NCBI GenBank assembly: GCA_963827235.1
Contig: CAWHAE010000009.1
Location: forward strand, 896,001 to 960,000
Direction: 5' to 3'
Length of the DNA stretch: 64,000 bases
Source: an uncultured bacterium
GTDB lineage: Bacteria > Chloroflexota > UBA5177 > JANWHV01
A model generated the notes under the pieces. That model was not told the origin of the DNA and ran no database searches. It saw only the letters and a program-made list of their open reading frames with translations. Both the position numbers and the translations under genes were made by a program. Every line of letters begins with the position of its first letter. The first letter of the stretch is position 1. This document shows positions 30,072 through 40,950 of the stretch, piece after piece.

Positions 30072-30818
30072 GTGCCAGGCGACAACCTGACCAGCAGCAC
30101 CAGCAACGGCGGGCCAACCACCAGCTACAGCTACAGCACCAGCAACGCCAACCAGCTGGCCAGCACCACGACCAGCGGCGCGACGACCTACTACTTCTAC
30201 GACCAGAGCGGGCACGTCACCACCATCAGCTCCTCGAGCACCAACTACTGCCCGACCGCCAGCTACGGCGCCTGCCTGAGCTACAATGCCCAGGGCCGCC
30301 TGACCCAGGTGAGCAAGGCCAGCGGGCTGAGCGTCAGCATGACGTATAACGCCCAGGGGCAGCGCATGACCTACGCGACGAGCGGCGCCGGCAACAACCT
30401 GAGCGAGACCTTCCAGTATCGCGGCGGTGAGCTGGCCCAGGTGACGACGAGCGGCAGCCAGAGCACCACGGACACCTACCTCTACCGGCGCGACGGCACG
30501 CCGCTGGAGCTGATCCGCACGCAGAGCGGGGTGACCAGCAAGTACTGGTACGAGGTGGACGGCCGGGGCGACGTGATCGCGCTCACCGACGTCCCCGGCA
30601 ATACCGTGGACCGCTACACTTACGACCTGTGGGGCAAGGTCAGCGCCACCGAATCCGTTCCCCAACGCCTGCGCTTCGCCGGCGCCTGGTACGACCAGGA
30701 GCTGGGGTGGTACTGGATGACGACTCGAGCCTACGACCCGGTACTGGAGCGACACCCGCGAGCGGGTACCCGGCAGCCCGACCCCAGCCAGCAAGAAGGC
30801 ATCTTCACGTATGCCTGA
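30072..30818 (+). pseudogene. Rhs repeat-associated core fragment, truncated before the DPxG cleavage site
   Basis: YTYDLWG, RFAGAWYDQELGWYWMTTRAYDP and QPDPS motifs; stops before the NP...DPxG motif. Confidence 0.85.
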
Positions 30819-31181
30819 GTGGTGCATCCAGTATCTGTGGCACTGGCTTCTATGCCGGCGAAAGCGGGTCAAACCCGCGACTTGGCAAGGAAATGAGGCT
30901 CCCCGTGCTAAAGCACAAGGCATCAGGTCCGCGGCTTATCTGCCGGATGCACCACTAAGCACGATCCGGTGGACTACAACGACACGGGCGGCATGCTGGT
31001 GCTCCGGGCCAACATGGTGGACGTGGTGTGTTCGACCGCGCTCAGCACCGTGCCGGTCAGCGAGGTGGCGTCCCCTACCGCGCGCGCAATTGCAGGCGCA
31101 CTCATAAGCATCGATGCTCCCGAGGCGCGGGCAACCGCCGGTCGCCGAGATCCTGTACCCTCATGGTGGAGGAGGGATGCC

Positions 31182-31478
31182 ATGATTACTGCCATTTTGC
31201 TCTGCACGGTCGATCGGCAGCGCATTCCTGAAACCGCGCAGTGCCTCGTCGATATTCCTGAGGTCTCCGAGGTCTATTCCGTGGCGGGAGACTACGATCT
31301 GGTCGCCATCGTACGCGTTCGCCACCACGACGATCTGGCGGACGTGGTGACCGCGAAGCTGGCCAAGCTGGACGCGATCACGCGGACCAACACACTGATT
31401 GCCTTCAAGACGTTCTCCACACACGATCTGGAGAGGCTGTTCTCAATCGGTAGCGAGGAGGTCGGCGGCTCGCGATAG
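31182..31478 (+). CDS. Lrp/AsnC ligand-binding domain protein
   Basis: EVYSVAGDYDLVAIVRV, TNTLIAF; GGAGG RBS. Confidence 0.9.
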   Translation: MITAILLCTVDRQRIPETAQCLVDIPEVSEVYSVAGDYDLVAIVRVRHHDDLADVVTAKLAKLDAITRTNTLIAFKTFSTHDLERLFSIGSEEVGGSR

Positions 31479-31494
31479 CGGCGCCGGCGGGCAG

Positions 31495-31650
31495 ATGAGT
31501 AGCCGAAGATCGCGGGCTCGCAACCAGCGCATCATGACCATCATCACGCTGATCGTGCTGCTGGCTATGATCCTCGGCACGGGTGTGCTCGTCTTTTCGG
31601 GCTCCATCACCCAGTCACCTGCGTCGAATACCACCGGCCAGAGCCTGTAG
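31495..31650 (+). CDS. Small single-TM membrane protein (51 aa)
   Basis: Basic N-terminus followed by one hydrophobic helix; lies in-operon between the Lrp gene and folC. Confidence 0.6.
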   Translation: MSSRRSRARNQRIMTIITLIVLLAMILGTGVLVFSGSITQSPASNTTGQSL

Positions 31651-31681
31651 CGGCTATGACACGAGACGAGTACCGGCGCTC

Positions 31682-33037
31682 ATGACCGCAGCTCTGCGGG
31701 ACTACCACGCCGCCCTCCGCTATCTGGAGGACCTGACCACGCGCCCGATCGTGCCGCGCGAGCAGGCGCGGTTGGCGCGTATCCAGATGTTGCTGGAGGC
31801 TCTCGGCCACCCCGAGCACGGTCTCAAATCCGTGCAGATAGCCGGCACGACGGGCAAGGGCTCGACGACCACCATGCTGGCGACCGTGCTGCGCGAGGCG
31901 GGGTACCGCACCGGTGCTTTCGTCTCGCCGCACCTGCAAAGCTACCGCGAGCGCATTGCCGTGGACGGCGTGCCCATCGGCGAGGCGGAATGGGTTCGCC
32001 TGCTGAACCGGCTGCTGCCCATACTCGACCGCATGGAAGACAACACGCTGCCCGGATACGCGGGCGGGCGGGCTGCCTTTCTCGACGTGCTGTGGGCGAT
32101 GGCCTGTTTGGCCTTCGTCGAGCACGGCGTCCAGTATGCGGTGATCGAAACGGGGCTGGGCGGCAGGCTGGACCCCACGACTGCCAACGAGGCAGGCGTG
32201 GCGGTGATCACCAACGTGAGCCTCGATCACGTGGAGCGTCTCGGCCATTCGGTCGAGCTGATCGCCGCTGAGAAGGCCGGCCTGATCAAGCGGGGACAAT
32301 ACGTGGTCACTGCCGCCGCGGAGCCGGCGCTGCGCGTCGTGCGAGAAGCCTGCAGCCGCCAGGAGGCCTCGTTGTGGAGCGTCGGGCCGGACGCCGCCGT
32401 GTGTGTCATAGCGGAAGGCCCGCCGCCGGATGCACCCTTCGCCATCAAGACACCGGTTCGCCGGCACGACGGCCTGCGGCTTGGTCTGCTCGGCGCGCAT
32501 CAGCGTGCAAATGCGGCCTGCGCGGTGGGGGCGCTCGATGCCCTGACGGTGAACAGCGGTGCGGTCATCCCGCAGGCCGCGGTGGCGAGCGGGCTGGCCA
32601 AGGCCCGCATGCCCGGCCGGTTGGAGCTGCTCGGGGAGCGGCCGCAGATACTGCTCGACGGCGCGCACAACGTTGCAGGCGCAGAGGCGCTGGTCGGCGC
32701 GCTGCAGACGCTGCTTCGCCGGGCGGCGCATCGTCTTGCTGCTCGGCATACTCGGGGGACAAGGATTCATAGAACAATCACCGCCTTGCTCAGCCCCTTG
32801 GCGGCGGTGGTCGTGGTCAGCGAGCCCCCCTGGCAGAGCAGGGCGGGGTTCGCGGGGGCCGTGGCGCACGAGGCCCGGCTCCACTGCGAACAGGTTGAGG
32901 AGCACGACGAGCCGGCGGCAGCCCTCGAACGCTCCCTGGCACTCGCCGGCCCGGACGATCTCGTGGTCGTGGCCGGGTCGCTGTATCTCGTCGGGGCGAT
33001 CCGCGACCTGCTGTTCCCGGACTCGTCCGAGCAGTAG
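31682..33037 (+). CDS. folC: Folylpolyglutamate synthase/dihydrofolate synthase (local compensating frameshifts 32715-32780)
   Basis: IAGTTGKGS, SPHL, ETGLGGRLDPT, PGRLE, DGAHN, GSLYLVG. Confidence 0.92.
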   Translation: MTAALRDYHAALRYLEDLTTRPIVPREQARLARIQMLLEALGHPEHGLKSVQIAGTTGKGSTTTMLATVLREAGYRTGAFVSPHLQSYRERIAVDGVPIGEAEWVRLLNRLLPILDRMEDNTLPGYAGGRAAFLDVLWAMACLAFVEHGVQYAVIETGLGGRLDPTTANEAGVAVITNVSLDHVERLGHSVELIAAEKAGLIKRGQYVVTAAAEPALRVVREACSRQEASLWSVGPDAAVCVIAEGPPPDAPFAIKTPVRRHDGLRLGLLGAHQRANAACAVGALDALTVNSGAVIPQAAVASGLAKARMPGRLELLGERPQILLDGAHNVAGAEALVGALQTLLRRAAHRLAARHTRGTRIHRTITALLSPLAAVVVVSEPPWQSRAGFAGAVAHEARLHCEQVEEHDEPAAALERSLALAGPDDLVVVAGSLYLVGAIRDLLFPDSSEQ

Positions 33038-33061
33038 CGGCGCTCTGCTACGCTGGAGAGT

Positions 33062-33895
33062 ATGAAGAAGATGCCGTCGGGGCATGCAATCCTGCCCGCC
33101 CTGAATGGGCTGCCGCGTCCGCTGCGCATCGGGCACATGGGCGCGGCCGGATTGGCTCCGGCCAATTCGGCGGCCGCCATCGAGGCCGCGCTGGGCGTTG
33201 GGGTCGACGTCGTAGAGCTCGACGTCTGGCGGACCGCGGACGGGCACTTCGTGCTCGCGCATTTCAACTGGCTGGCACCAGAAGAGGCTGAGCTTTCCGG
33301 CGCCCTGGCTCGCCCGCGCAGCTGGTTGCGCACGGCGCGCACCTGGCGGATGTGGCCGCGCATCACGCAGTGCACGCTGGAGGACCTCGGCCACCTGCCC
33401 GTCCCATTGTGCACGCTGGAATCGGCGCTGGATCAGATGCGGGGCCGGGCCATCCCCTATCTCGACCTGCGCACGCAGGGCAACGAGGCGCATCTCTGCG
33501 AGATGCTGAGCGCGCTGGCTCCCCAGGGAGCGCTGCTAGGAGCAGGACCGCACAGGTCGTTTGCTCCGGAGCGCCGTATCATGCCTTCGCTGGTAGCGAC
33601 GAGCGGCGTGGCGCTGCCCTTGTTCGACCGTGCGATATCGGACAAGTCGCTGGCCGGCCTGGCACGGTTTGCCGTGCAGCGGGCTCGCAATATGGGAGCG
33701 CAGGGATTGTCGGTCGAATATCACCTGGTCAGACCGGCGCTCCTGGAGGTCTGCCGGAGCGAGGGTTTCTTCGTGTTCGCCTGGACGGTCGACGACCAGG
33801 CGGTGATGCAGAACCTGATCTCGCTCGGCGTGGACGGCGTCACCACTAACCGGCCGGATCTCCTCGCGCAATGCCTGGAGAACCGTCGAGCATAG
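33062..33895 (+). CDS. Glycerophosphodiester phosphodiesterase family protein
   Basis: IGHMGA, VELDVWRTADG, AWTVD, GVDGVTTNRPD. Confidence 0.88.
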   Translation: MKKMPSGHAILPALNGLPRPLRIGHMGAAGLAPANSAAAIEAALGVGVDVVELDVWRTADGHFVLAHFNWLAPEEAELSGALARPRSWLRTARTWRMWPRITQCTLEDLGHLPVPLCTLESALDQMRGRAIPYLDLRTQGNEAHLCEMLSALAPQGALLGAGPHRSFAPERRIMPSLVATSGVALPLFDRAISDKSLAGLARFAVQRARNMGAQGLSVEYHLVRPALLEVCRSEGFFVFAWTVDDQAVMQNLISLGVDGVTTNRPDLLAQCLENRRA

Positions 33896-34424
33896 CGGCG
33901 GCAGGCCGGCTTTCCGCCTCGCATCTTCAGGTCTGGAGAGCGGGCAAGCAGGATTTGCCGGGCATCTAGACATACACTTTGGAACCGTCTATGCTCGCGG
34001 TAGAGCGACGTAGTATGTTGAATCTGCCCCAGGTGTTCACGCGAACGTTGCATCCTAACCGTAGTCAGGACGATTAGCGAGGATTTCGGCAGGCCCGAAT
34101 CTGGTTGTCGTTCACATGGGATGCGCTCTGCCACCTGCGACCTCTGTCGTCCTGTTGCTGCCATAACTCCCCAGAGCCAGGCTGAACCACTCCGAGACGG
34201 CCGTGGCGGATCGGCCGCCCGTTCCTATGATTCATCGCGGGCATCTGCCCGCAGTCGAGATCTGTCTCGTGGTACGTGGTGGGTAGCTGCAGCGTCAAAT
34301 GGCGCGCGCAAACGGCGCCGGCTGCATGTGCGGAAAGGAGGGCTCCGGCGTTTGCCAGGGGGTGCTTCACACTCGACGATGGCGCTACAGGGGTGTAGCC
34401 GTGCATGGTAGCAGGAGGCCTGAC

Positions 34425-35333
34425 ATGGCACAGATCACGCTGGACAACGGGATAAAGGTCACGACATTCCAGCCGAGAGCGGGGTTCGACCCACTCTCCG
34501 CGGCCAAGGATGAGGTAGCGAGGAACGGCTTTCCGGTCCCCTCCGACGATCCCCATCACATCGCTCGGTACAAGAAGGTGATGGAGCATCTCAAGGGCAA
34601 GTTCCAGTACGTGGAGCCGACCTTCCGGGTCAATGCCGAGAAGTTCCACGGCCCGCGCCGCCGCTTGCCTACCGAGGGCACGGAGACGTCGACGAACTGG
34701 TGCGGCGGCGTCGTGTTCGCCCCATCCGGGCAGTCGTTCAAGTGGATCGAGGGTGATTGGGTAGTTCCCGACGTCGGGGCACCGACGCAGGGCCAGTGGT
34801 ACTACTGCGCGAGCTGGATCGGGATCGACGGAGACGGCTCGGGGGACGTGTGCCAGGCGGGCGTGGAGTGCGAGGTCTACCAGAGCGGGACCTCCGTCAT
34901 CCGGCACATCTATCCGTGGTGGGAATGGTTCCCGGCGCCCGAGGTACAGATCACCAACCTGGCGATCAATCCGGGCGACATGGTCACCATGCTCATTTGT
35001 ACGGCCAGCGCGGCCGGCTCGACGACGGCGAGCGTGTTTTTCACCAACCGCACGATCGGCAGCTCGACCTCGCTCAGCATCACCGCTCCGACGGGAACGA
35101 AGCTGACCGGCAATTGCGCCGAGTGGATCGTGGAAGCACCAACGGTGGGCGGATCCCAGAGCGCGATCGCCGACTTCGGCGAGGTGTTCTTCAGCGTATG
35201 CGAAGCCGTTACCAACAACGGGACCACCGTCAACGGGGGCAGCGGCGACAACATCAACCTGACCGCCGGCGGCAAGGTGGTTGCCGACGGCGTCCTGATC
35301 ACGCCGACCGTGGTGCAGTGCCTGTACGTCTAG
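34425..35333 (+). CDS. G1 family glutamic peptidase (eqolisin) with propeptide
   Basis: STNWCG, SWIGIDG, catalytic Gln in VCQAG, WWEWFP, catalytic Glu region AEWIVEAP; AGGAGG RBS. Confidence 0.9.
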   Translation: MAQITLDNGIKVTTFQPRAGFDPLSAAKDEVARNGFPVPSDDPHHIARYKKVMEHLKGKFQYVEPTFRVNAEKFHGPRRRLPTEGTETSTNWCGGVVFAPSGQSFKWIEGDWVVPDVGAPTQGQWYYCASWIGIDGDGSGDVCQAGVECEVYQSGTSVIRHIYPWWEWFPAPEVQITNLAINPGDMVTMLICTASAAGSTTASVFFTNRTIGSSTSLSITAPTGTKLTGNCAEWIVEAPTVGGSQSAIADFGEVFFSVCEAVTNNGTTVNGGSGDNINLTAGGKVVADGVLITPTVVQCLYV

Positions 35334-35631
35334 GCAGCCGAGTACGGGCTTGGCACGGTTTCAGGACGCATCTTGAGGTAGGGACGGCCGGCATGCGTCC
35401 GCGGGGCGACCACGGACGCATGCACCACGCCGCCGCGGCAGGTGCGCCGCTCCGTGCTGAGACCAAGCCGGACGTCTGCTCGCTTGCTCCCGCGTAGAAG
35501 CGCGGGAGCAGCCCGGCAATCGATGTTCCGACCGTATGATTCGCCATGGCGGGAGACGGGGACGACAAGTCCGTCGCTCCCGCCATGGTATGCCGGCACA
35601 AGGCGTGCGAGGCCGGTGCCGGCCTACGCGT

Positions 35632-35937
35632 CTATGGCGAGCCCAATCCCGAGCGGCCGGCGCGGCTTTCGCCGCCCAATTGTGCGGCGCGAATGGCGAA
35701 GGCCACGTCGGCCGTGCGCTCACTGGCCCAGAGGGCCGGCGTGTCCGGGAAGCCCTCGCGAGCAATCGCGGTTGCCCACTCGAGGCCGGCTTCGTAGTAA
35801 GCCCGCAGCGCTGCCAGATCATCTATCGCCTGCAGCTGCTCGAGGATGCGGCGGATCGTGGCGGTGTACTCCACTTTCCGCCGGCCCATCTCGAGCTGCT
35901 CATACCAGGCGAGGGCCCTCGTCCAGCGTTCGTCCAC
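35632..35937 (-). CDS. Hypothetical protein downstream of trxB
   Basis: Starts about 10 nt after the trxB stop on the same strand; helical composition. Confidence 0.6.
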   Translation of the reverse strand: MDERWTRALAWYEQLEMGRRKVEYTATIRRILEQLQAIDDLAALRAYYEAGLEWATAIAREGFPDTPALWASERTADVAFAIRAAQLGGESRAGRSGLGSP

Positions 35938-35946
35938 GGCGCCCGC

Positions 35947-36924
35947 TCAGACGGCAGCCATCGCAGCCTGCGCCTCCGCCTCCAGGCCCAGGCCAAGCTC
36001 TTCGAGATACTTCTCCGCGTCCAGGGCGGCCTTGCAGCCGTCGCCCGCCGCCGTCACCGCCTGCTTGTAGCGCGTGTCGTGCACGTCGCCCGCGGCGAAG
36101 ACGCCGGGCACGCTGGTGAAGGTGTTGGCGGGCACGGCAATGTAGCCTGCCGCATCCAGCTCGATCTGGCCGGCGAACAGCTCCGTATTGGGATGGTGCC
36201 CGATGGCGACGAATACCGCTGCTACGGGGAGCACGGAGAGAGCGCCCGACTGCACGTTGCGCAGCCGTAGACCGGTCACCTTCTCCTCGCCGAGCACATC
36301 GTCGATAACTGAGTTCCAGATGAAGCTAATCTTGGGGTTGGCGACGGCGCGCGCCTGCATGGCCTTGCTGGCCCGCAGCTGGTCGCGGCGATGAATCACA
36401 TGCACCTTGCTGGCGAAGCGGGTGAGGAACGTCGCCTCCTCCAGAGCGGTATCGCCGCCTCCAACCACGGCGATCTCCACGTTGCGGAAGAATGCGCCGT
36501 CGCACGTAGCGCAGGTGGAGACGCCGCGTCCCCGCAATCGCGTCTCATTGGCCAATCCCAGCCACTGGGCCGATGCCCCGGTAGCGATGATCACGGCGTG
36601 CGCGTACAGCTCCTCATCTTCGGTGGCGAGCCGGAACGGGTGCTGCGAGAAGTCGGCGGCGACGATATCCTCATAGCGGATCACGGCCCCGAAGCGCTCC
36701 GCCTGCGCGCGGAAAGTCTCCATCAGATCGGGTCCCATGACGCCGTCGACGAATCCGGGATAGTTTTCCACCTCGGTGGTCAGCATGAGCTGGCCGCCGT
36801 TCAAGCTGCCCGCGAAGACGATGGGCGCGAGGTTGGCGCGCGCGGCATACAGAGCGGCGGTGTAACCGGCAGGGCCGGAACCGATAATGATCAGCTTGTG
36901 TGGCTTGGCGTTGGTGCCCATCAT
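35947..36924 (-). CDS. trxB: Thioredoxin-disulfide reductase
   Basis: GSGPAGYTAA, CATCDG, GGGDTALEEA, FAAGDV, QAVTAAGDGC. Confidence 0.97.
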   Translation of the reverse strand: MMGTNAKPHKLIIIGSGPAGYTAALYAARANLAPIVFAGSLNGGQLMLTTEVENYPGFVDGVMGPDLMETFRAQAERFGAVIRYEDIVAADFSQHPFRLATEDEELYAHAVIIATGASAQWLGLANETRLRGRGVSTCATCDGAFFRNVEIAVVGGGDTALEEATFLTRFASKVHVIHRRDQLRASKAMQARAVANPKISFIWNSVIDDVLGEEKVTGLRLRNVQSGALSVLPVAAVFVAIGHHPNTELFAGQIELDAAGYIAVPANTFTSVPGVFAAGDVHDTRYKQAVTAAGDGCKAALDAEKYLEELGLGLEAEAQAAMAAV

Positions 36925-37089
36925 TACTCCATTGGCGTTTCTGCTGGCCGGCAGGCGACTTGGTCTCGTCCGCGGCGTGTGCTTGCATCGATATTATCGT
37001 ACCGGAAGCCGCTTTGGATTCGTGCCGCGCCGCGGCGGGCCTGATCCCAGAGCGTTTGCTGTGGGACAACGAAGCGCCTGAAGCCAAAG

Positions 37090-37205
37090 CCCGGCCCGGC
37101 ACCCGAAAGCTGATCGAAGGCGAATATCGCTACGTCGTGTACCGCCGGATAGCCCACGACGAGCTCATGGTGCTTCGAGTATTTCAGCCGGCTGGGCGGC
37201 GCTAG
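37090..37205 (+). pseudogene. RelE/ParE toxin C-terminal remnant
   Basis: RPGTRKLIEGEYRYVVYRRIAHDELMVLRVFQ resembles a ParE/RelE C-terminus; no N-terminal half or antitoxin. Confidence 0.5.
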
Positions 37206-37222
37206 AAGACGGCCGGTACCGC

Positions 37223-39734
37223 TCAGCTCACGACGATATTGAGCAGCTTCCCGGGCACGTGAATCACCTGGCGGATCGACTTGCCCGCGATCTGCGCCTG
37301 TACGCGCTCGCTGGCGACGGCGGCGGACTCGGCATCTTCCTTGCTGATGCCCGGCGCCACCTCGAGCTTGTCGCGCACCTTGCCGTTCACCTGAATGACC
37401 AGCGTGATGGTCTGCGGCCGGGCCTTCTCCTCGTCCCACTCGGGCCAGCGCTGCGTGTGTACGCTGTACTCGCCTCCGAGCAGCTCCCAGACCTCCTCAG
37501 CCAGGTGGGGGGCGAGCGGGGCAAGCAACAACGCGGTCGTGCGCATGGCGGCGCACCGCTGCGCGCCGGTGGCCGTCGCCCAGTTGTCCTGCAGGTAGTT
37601 CTGGTGCTCCATCAACCCGGCGACCGCCGTGTGAAACTTCAGGGCCAGCAGGTCGTCGCCGACGCGCTTGATGGTGCGATGGATCATCGCTTCCCACTCT
37701 GGGCCGGCGCCCTCCGCCGAGGCGGGCAGATCGATCTCGTCAAGGCGGGCAATCAGGCGCCCGACGAAGCGCGAGATGCCCGAGACGGCGCGATCGCTGA
37801 ACACGCCGCCCTCGGTGTATGGCCCGGCGAAAAGCAGGGCCAGGCGGAGAATGTCGGCGCCGTAACGCTCGATGTAGTCGATCGGGATTCACCACGTTGC
37901 CGCGGCTCTTGGACATCTTTTGCGCCGTCTGCACCACGCGCTCTTCGCCCGTGACCGGGTCGGTGATCCGCTCTTCTTCCAGCACGAGCAAGAGCCCGTG
38001 CAGGCGGAGTCGCGTGAAAGGCTCGCCAAACGGCAGGTAGCCCAGATCATGCAGGACGTTGGTGACAAAGCGGGCGTAGAGGTGGTGCCGCCGCACGTGT
38101 TCGATACCGCCCATATACATGTTGACGGGCAGCCACTTCCGCGTGACGGCATCGTCGAACGGACGGTCGTCCCACTCCGTAGACGGGTAGCGGAGGAAGT
38201 ACCAAGCAGAGTCGAGGAAGGTGTCGGAGACGTCGGTCTCGCGGCGGGCCGGCCCGCCGCAGGTGGGACAGGTCGTGTTGACCCAGTCGTGCAGCGCCGC
38301 CAACGGGCCGACGCCGGTGCCGGTGGGCCTGAAGTTCTCGATCTGCGGCAGTATGACCGGCAGGTCGCTTTCGGGCACGGGTACGATGCCGTGCGTCGGG
38401 CAATAGACGACAGGGATGGGCGGTCCCCAGTAGCGCTGCCGCGAGATCAGCCAGTCGTGGAGGCGCAGAGTGGTCTGGGCGTGCCCCACGCCCTTCTCGG
38501 TCAGGAACGCGATGAAGCGAGGGATGACCGCTTCGTCGCTGCGCAGGCCGTCGAACGGTCCCGAGTTGACGATCGTCCCCTGGTGCTCCGGGAGAGCCTC
38601 CGTCATCTCCTCTGGCGTGATCGTCGCGCCGTCGGGGCGGTAAACCAGCACGATAGGCAGGTCGAATTTGCGCGCGAACTCGAAGTCCCGCTGGTCGTGC
38701 GCGGGGACGGCCATGATGGCGCCGGTGCCGTACTGGGCGAGGACGTAGTCGGCGATCCAGACGGGTATCTTTGCCCCGGTAGCCGGGTTGAGGGCGTAGG
38801 CGCCAGTGAACACGCCGGTCTTCTCGCGATCGGTGGTGCGCTCGCGCTCGGTCTTGCCGCCGACTTCGCGGCGGTAGGCGACCACGGCGGCCGACTGCTC
38901 CTGTGAGGTGATGCTTGCCACCAGCGGATGCTCGGGCGCCAGCACGCAATAGGTGGCGCCGAAGATCGTATCCGGCCTGGTAGTGAACACGGTGAACGAT
39001 CGGGAGCTATCGGCGATCTTGAAGGTGATGGCGGCACCGGTGCTGCGGCCGATCCACTCGGACTGTAGGGTCTTGCTCAGCTCGGGCCAATCGAGGTCCT
39101 TCAGGTTGTCGACCAGCTTATCGGCGTAGGCGGTGATCTTGAAGAACCACTGCTCCATCTCGCGCTGGGTCACCGGCGTATGGCAGCGTTCGCAGACCGT
39201 CTCGCCGTTCTCCTCTTCGGTCTGCTCGTTGGCCAGCACGGTCAGGCAGGTTGGGCACCAGGTGACCGGCGCCGTGGCGCGGTAGGCCAGGCCGGCCTTG
39301 AGGAGCTGCAGAAAGACCCACTGCGTCCACTTGTAGTAGCTGGGGTGGCTGGTGATCACCTCGTGCGACCAATCCCACATGGTGCCGAGGCGTTTCATCT
39401 GCGTCTCGCGGAAGCGCACGACGGTCTGGTCGGTGAGCACCATCGGGTTGATGCCGAGCTTGAGGGCGTAGTTTTCGCTGTGGATGCCGAAGGAATCGAA
39501 GCCCATGGGCTGGAAGACGTCGTAGCCCTGCATCTTCATATAGCGCCCATAGGTATCGGCGCCGCAGTAGGTGTAGACGTGGCCGACGTGCAGGCCCTCC
39601 CCGGAGGGATAAGGAAACTCCATCAGGTTGAAGAACGGGTGCTTGGCGTTGTCCAGGTCGACGCGGTAGATTCCCGTCTCCTCCCAGCGCCGATTCCACT
39701 TCGCTTCGACCGTCCTGGCGTCGTATTCAGCCAT
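37223..39734 (-). CDS. leuS: Leucine--tRNA ligase (one frameshift near 37880)
   Basis: FPYPSGEGLHVGH (HIGH), DWLISRQRYWG, KMSKS; C-terminal QVNGKVRD in a second frame. Confidence 0.96.
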
Positions 39735-39840
39735 TCTCAACACCTCTTCCTGACTGGAGCGGGCCGGACGCGCCTTTGCCGTCCGAGATCCGAGCCTCCG
39801 CGGCGGCCCTTAGCCGCGAGGGCACCTCCGAAAGCGCACG

Positions 39841-40079
39841 CAACAAAAGGCCCCCCATCCACCGGCGTCCTGCCGGGGACGGAAGGCCGTACAGTCTCCC
39901 GCGGTACCACCCCGCTTGGCGGCAAGCCTGCCGCCCACTCTCATGACGCGATAGCGGACGTCACCCGCAACGAGCTACTCGGTTCGCCCATTCCCGGGCC
40001 TAAGCGAGTTCGGCTGCCGCTTGCCGGCTCGCACCATCCGCCGGCTCTCTGCTGGATCGCAGCCTACTGCTCCTAGGCC
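39841..40079 (-). promoter_or_regulatory. T-box riboswitch with Leu specifier upstream of leuS
   Basis: Minus strand: AGUA, AGAGAG and GGUGCGA stem I motifs; GAA-CUC specifier (40008-40006); T-box GGGUGGUACCGCG; terminator GGCCUUCC...GGGGGGCC-UUUU. Confidence 0.92.
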
Positions 40080-40346
40080 ATACGTGCAGTCTAGTGTACC
40101 GCATCCTACACCAGGTGCTCCGCAACGGCAAACAGCCCATTCGCAACAGTGCATAAAGATTCCAGACAATGTATACTTATCAGGTTGGAAGCGTGGCAAC
40201 CGGAGGCGCTCGCGCGGCCGGCCACGGCGCTATGCCGAAGGGCGTGTCACCGGTACTCTGAGACAGGGGAAGCGGCGGGTACAGACAGTTTGTGCGCAGA
40301 CCGGTGCGGTCTGATTTTCCGTGTTCCGGCACGGTAAGGAGGCCCA

Positions 40347-40745
40347 ATGGCTCAAATAGTTCCCCAGGCATATCGCGATCTGTTGGAAAAGCCGGCGATC
40401 GCGCACCTCGCGACGCTCATGCCCAGCGGCGTGCCGCAGGTGACCCCGGTATGGATAGACTTCGACGGGACCTACCTGCTGGTCAACTCGGCAAAAGGGC
40501 GGCAGAAGGACAAGAATATGCAGGCCCGCCAGTTCGTCGGCCTGGAAATCAGCGATCCACAGAACCCCTATCGCTACCTCTCCGTGCGCGGCCGCGTGGT
40601 GGAGATCACGGAAGAAGGAGCCGACGAACACATCGATAAGCTCGCCAAGAAATACACGGGGGCCGACAGCTACACGGACCGCGCTCCGGGCGAGGTGCGC
40701 TGTATTTACAAGATCGAGCCCATGCGCATCGACACACGAGAGTGA
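40347..40745 (+). CDS. PPOX class F420-dependent oxidoreductase
   Basis: AHLATLMPSGVPQVTPVW, GRQKDKNM, NPYRYLSVRG, LAKKYTG. Confidence 0.92.
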   Translation: MAQIVPQAYRDLLEKPAIAHLATLMPSGVPQVTPVWIDFDGTYLLVNSAKGRQKDKNMQARQFVGLEISDPQNPYRYLSVRGRVVEITEEGADEHIDKLAKKYTGADSYTDRAPGEVRCIYKIEPMRIDTRE

Positions 40746-40765
40746 TTTTTGGTTCGCGAGGGTGC

Positions 40766-40795
40766 TTGACTTTAGCGACGACCGCCCTTTAGAAT
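40766..40795 (+). promoter_or_regulatory. Sigma70-type promoter of the small-ORF unit
   Basis: TTGACT-18nt-TAGAAT. Confidence 0.7.
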
Positions 40796-40835
40796 GGCCA
40801 TAGTCACTCTAGCGCGGAAAGGAGGTGATGCGAAT

Positions 40836-40910
40836 ATGGGTTGTCACAGTTGCTTCGGTGTAACAGATCGCCCAGTTCGCGGTTCTATGGTTGAGGTGAT
40901 CTTCGCCTGA
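40836..40910 (+). CDS. Small ORF, 24 aa (MGCHSCFGVTDRPVRGSMVEVIFA)
   Basis: Full-length SD AAAGGAGGTGA at 40818-40828; own promoter and terminator. Confidence 0.6.
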   Translation: MGCHSCFGVTDRPVRGSMVEVIFA

Positions 40911-40950
40911 CGTGCTGCCCACTGGGTGACAGCATAGACCGAGAGCAACT

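Noticed and set aside
33960-34165. MazF/PemK-like remnant on the minus strand (SGLPKSSLIVL)
   Set aside because: Similarity is limited to a few residues and the N-terminal RP motif is not visible
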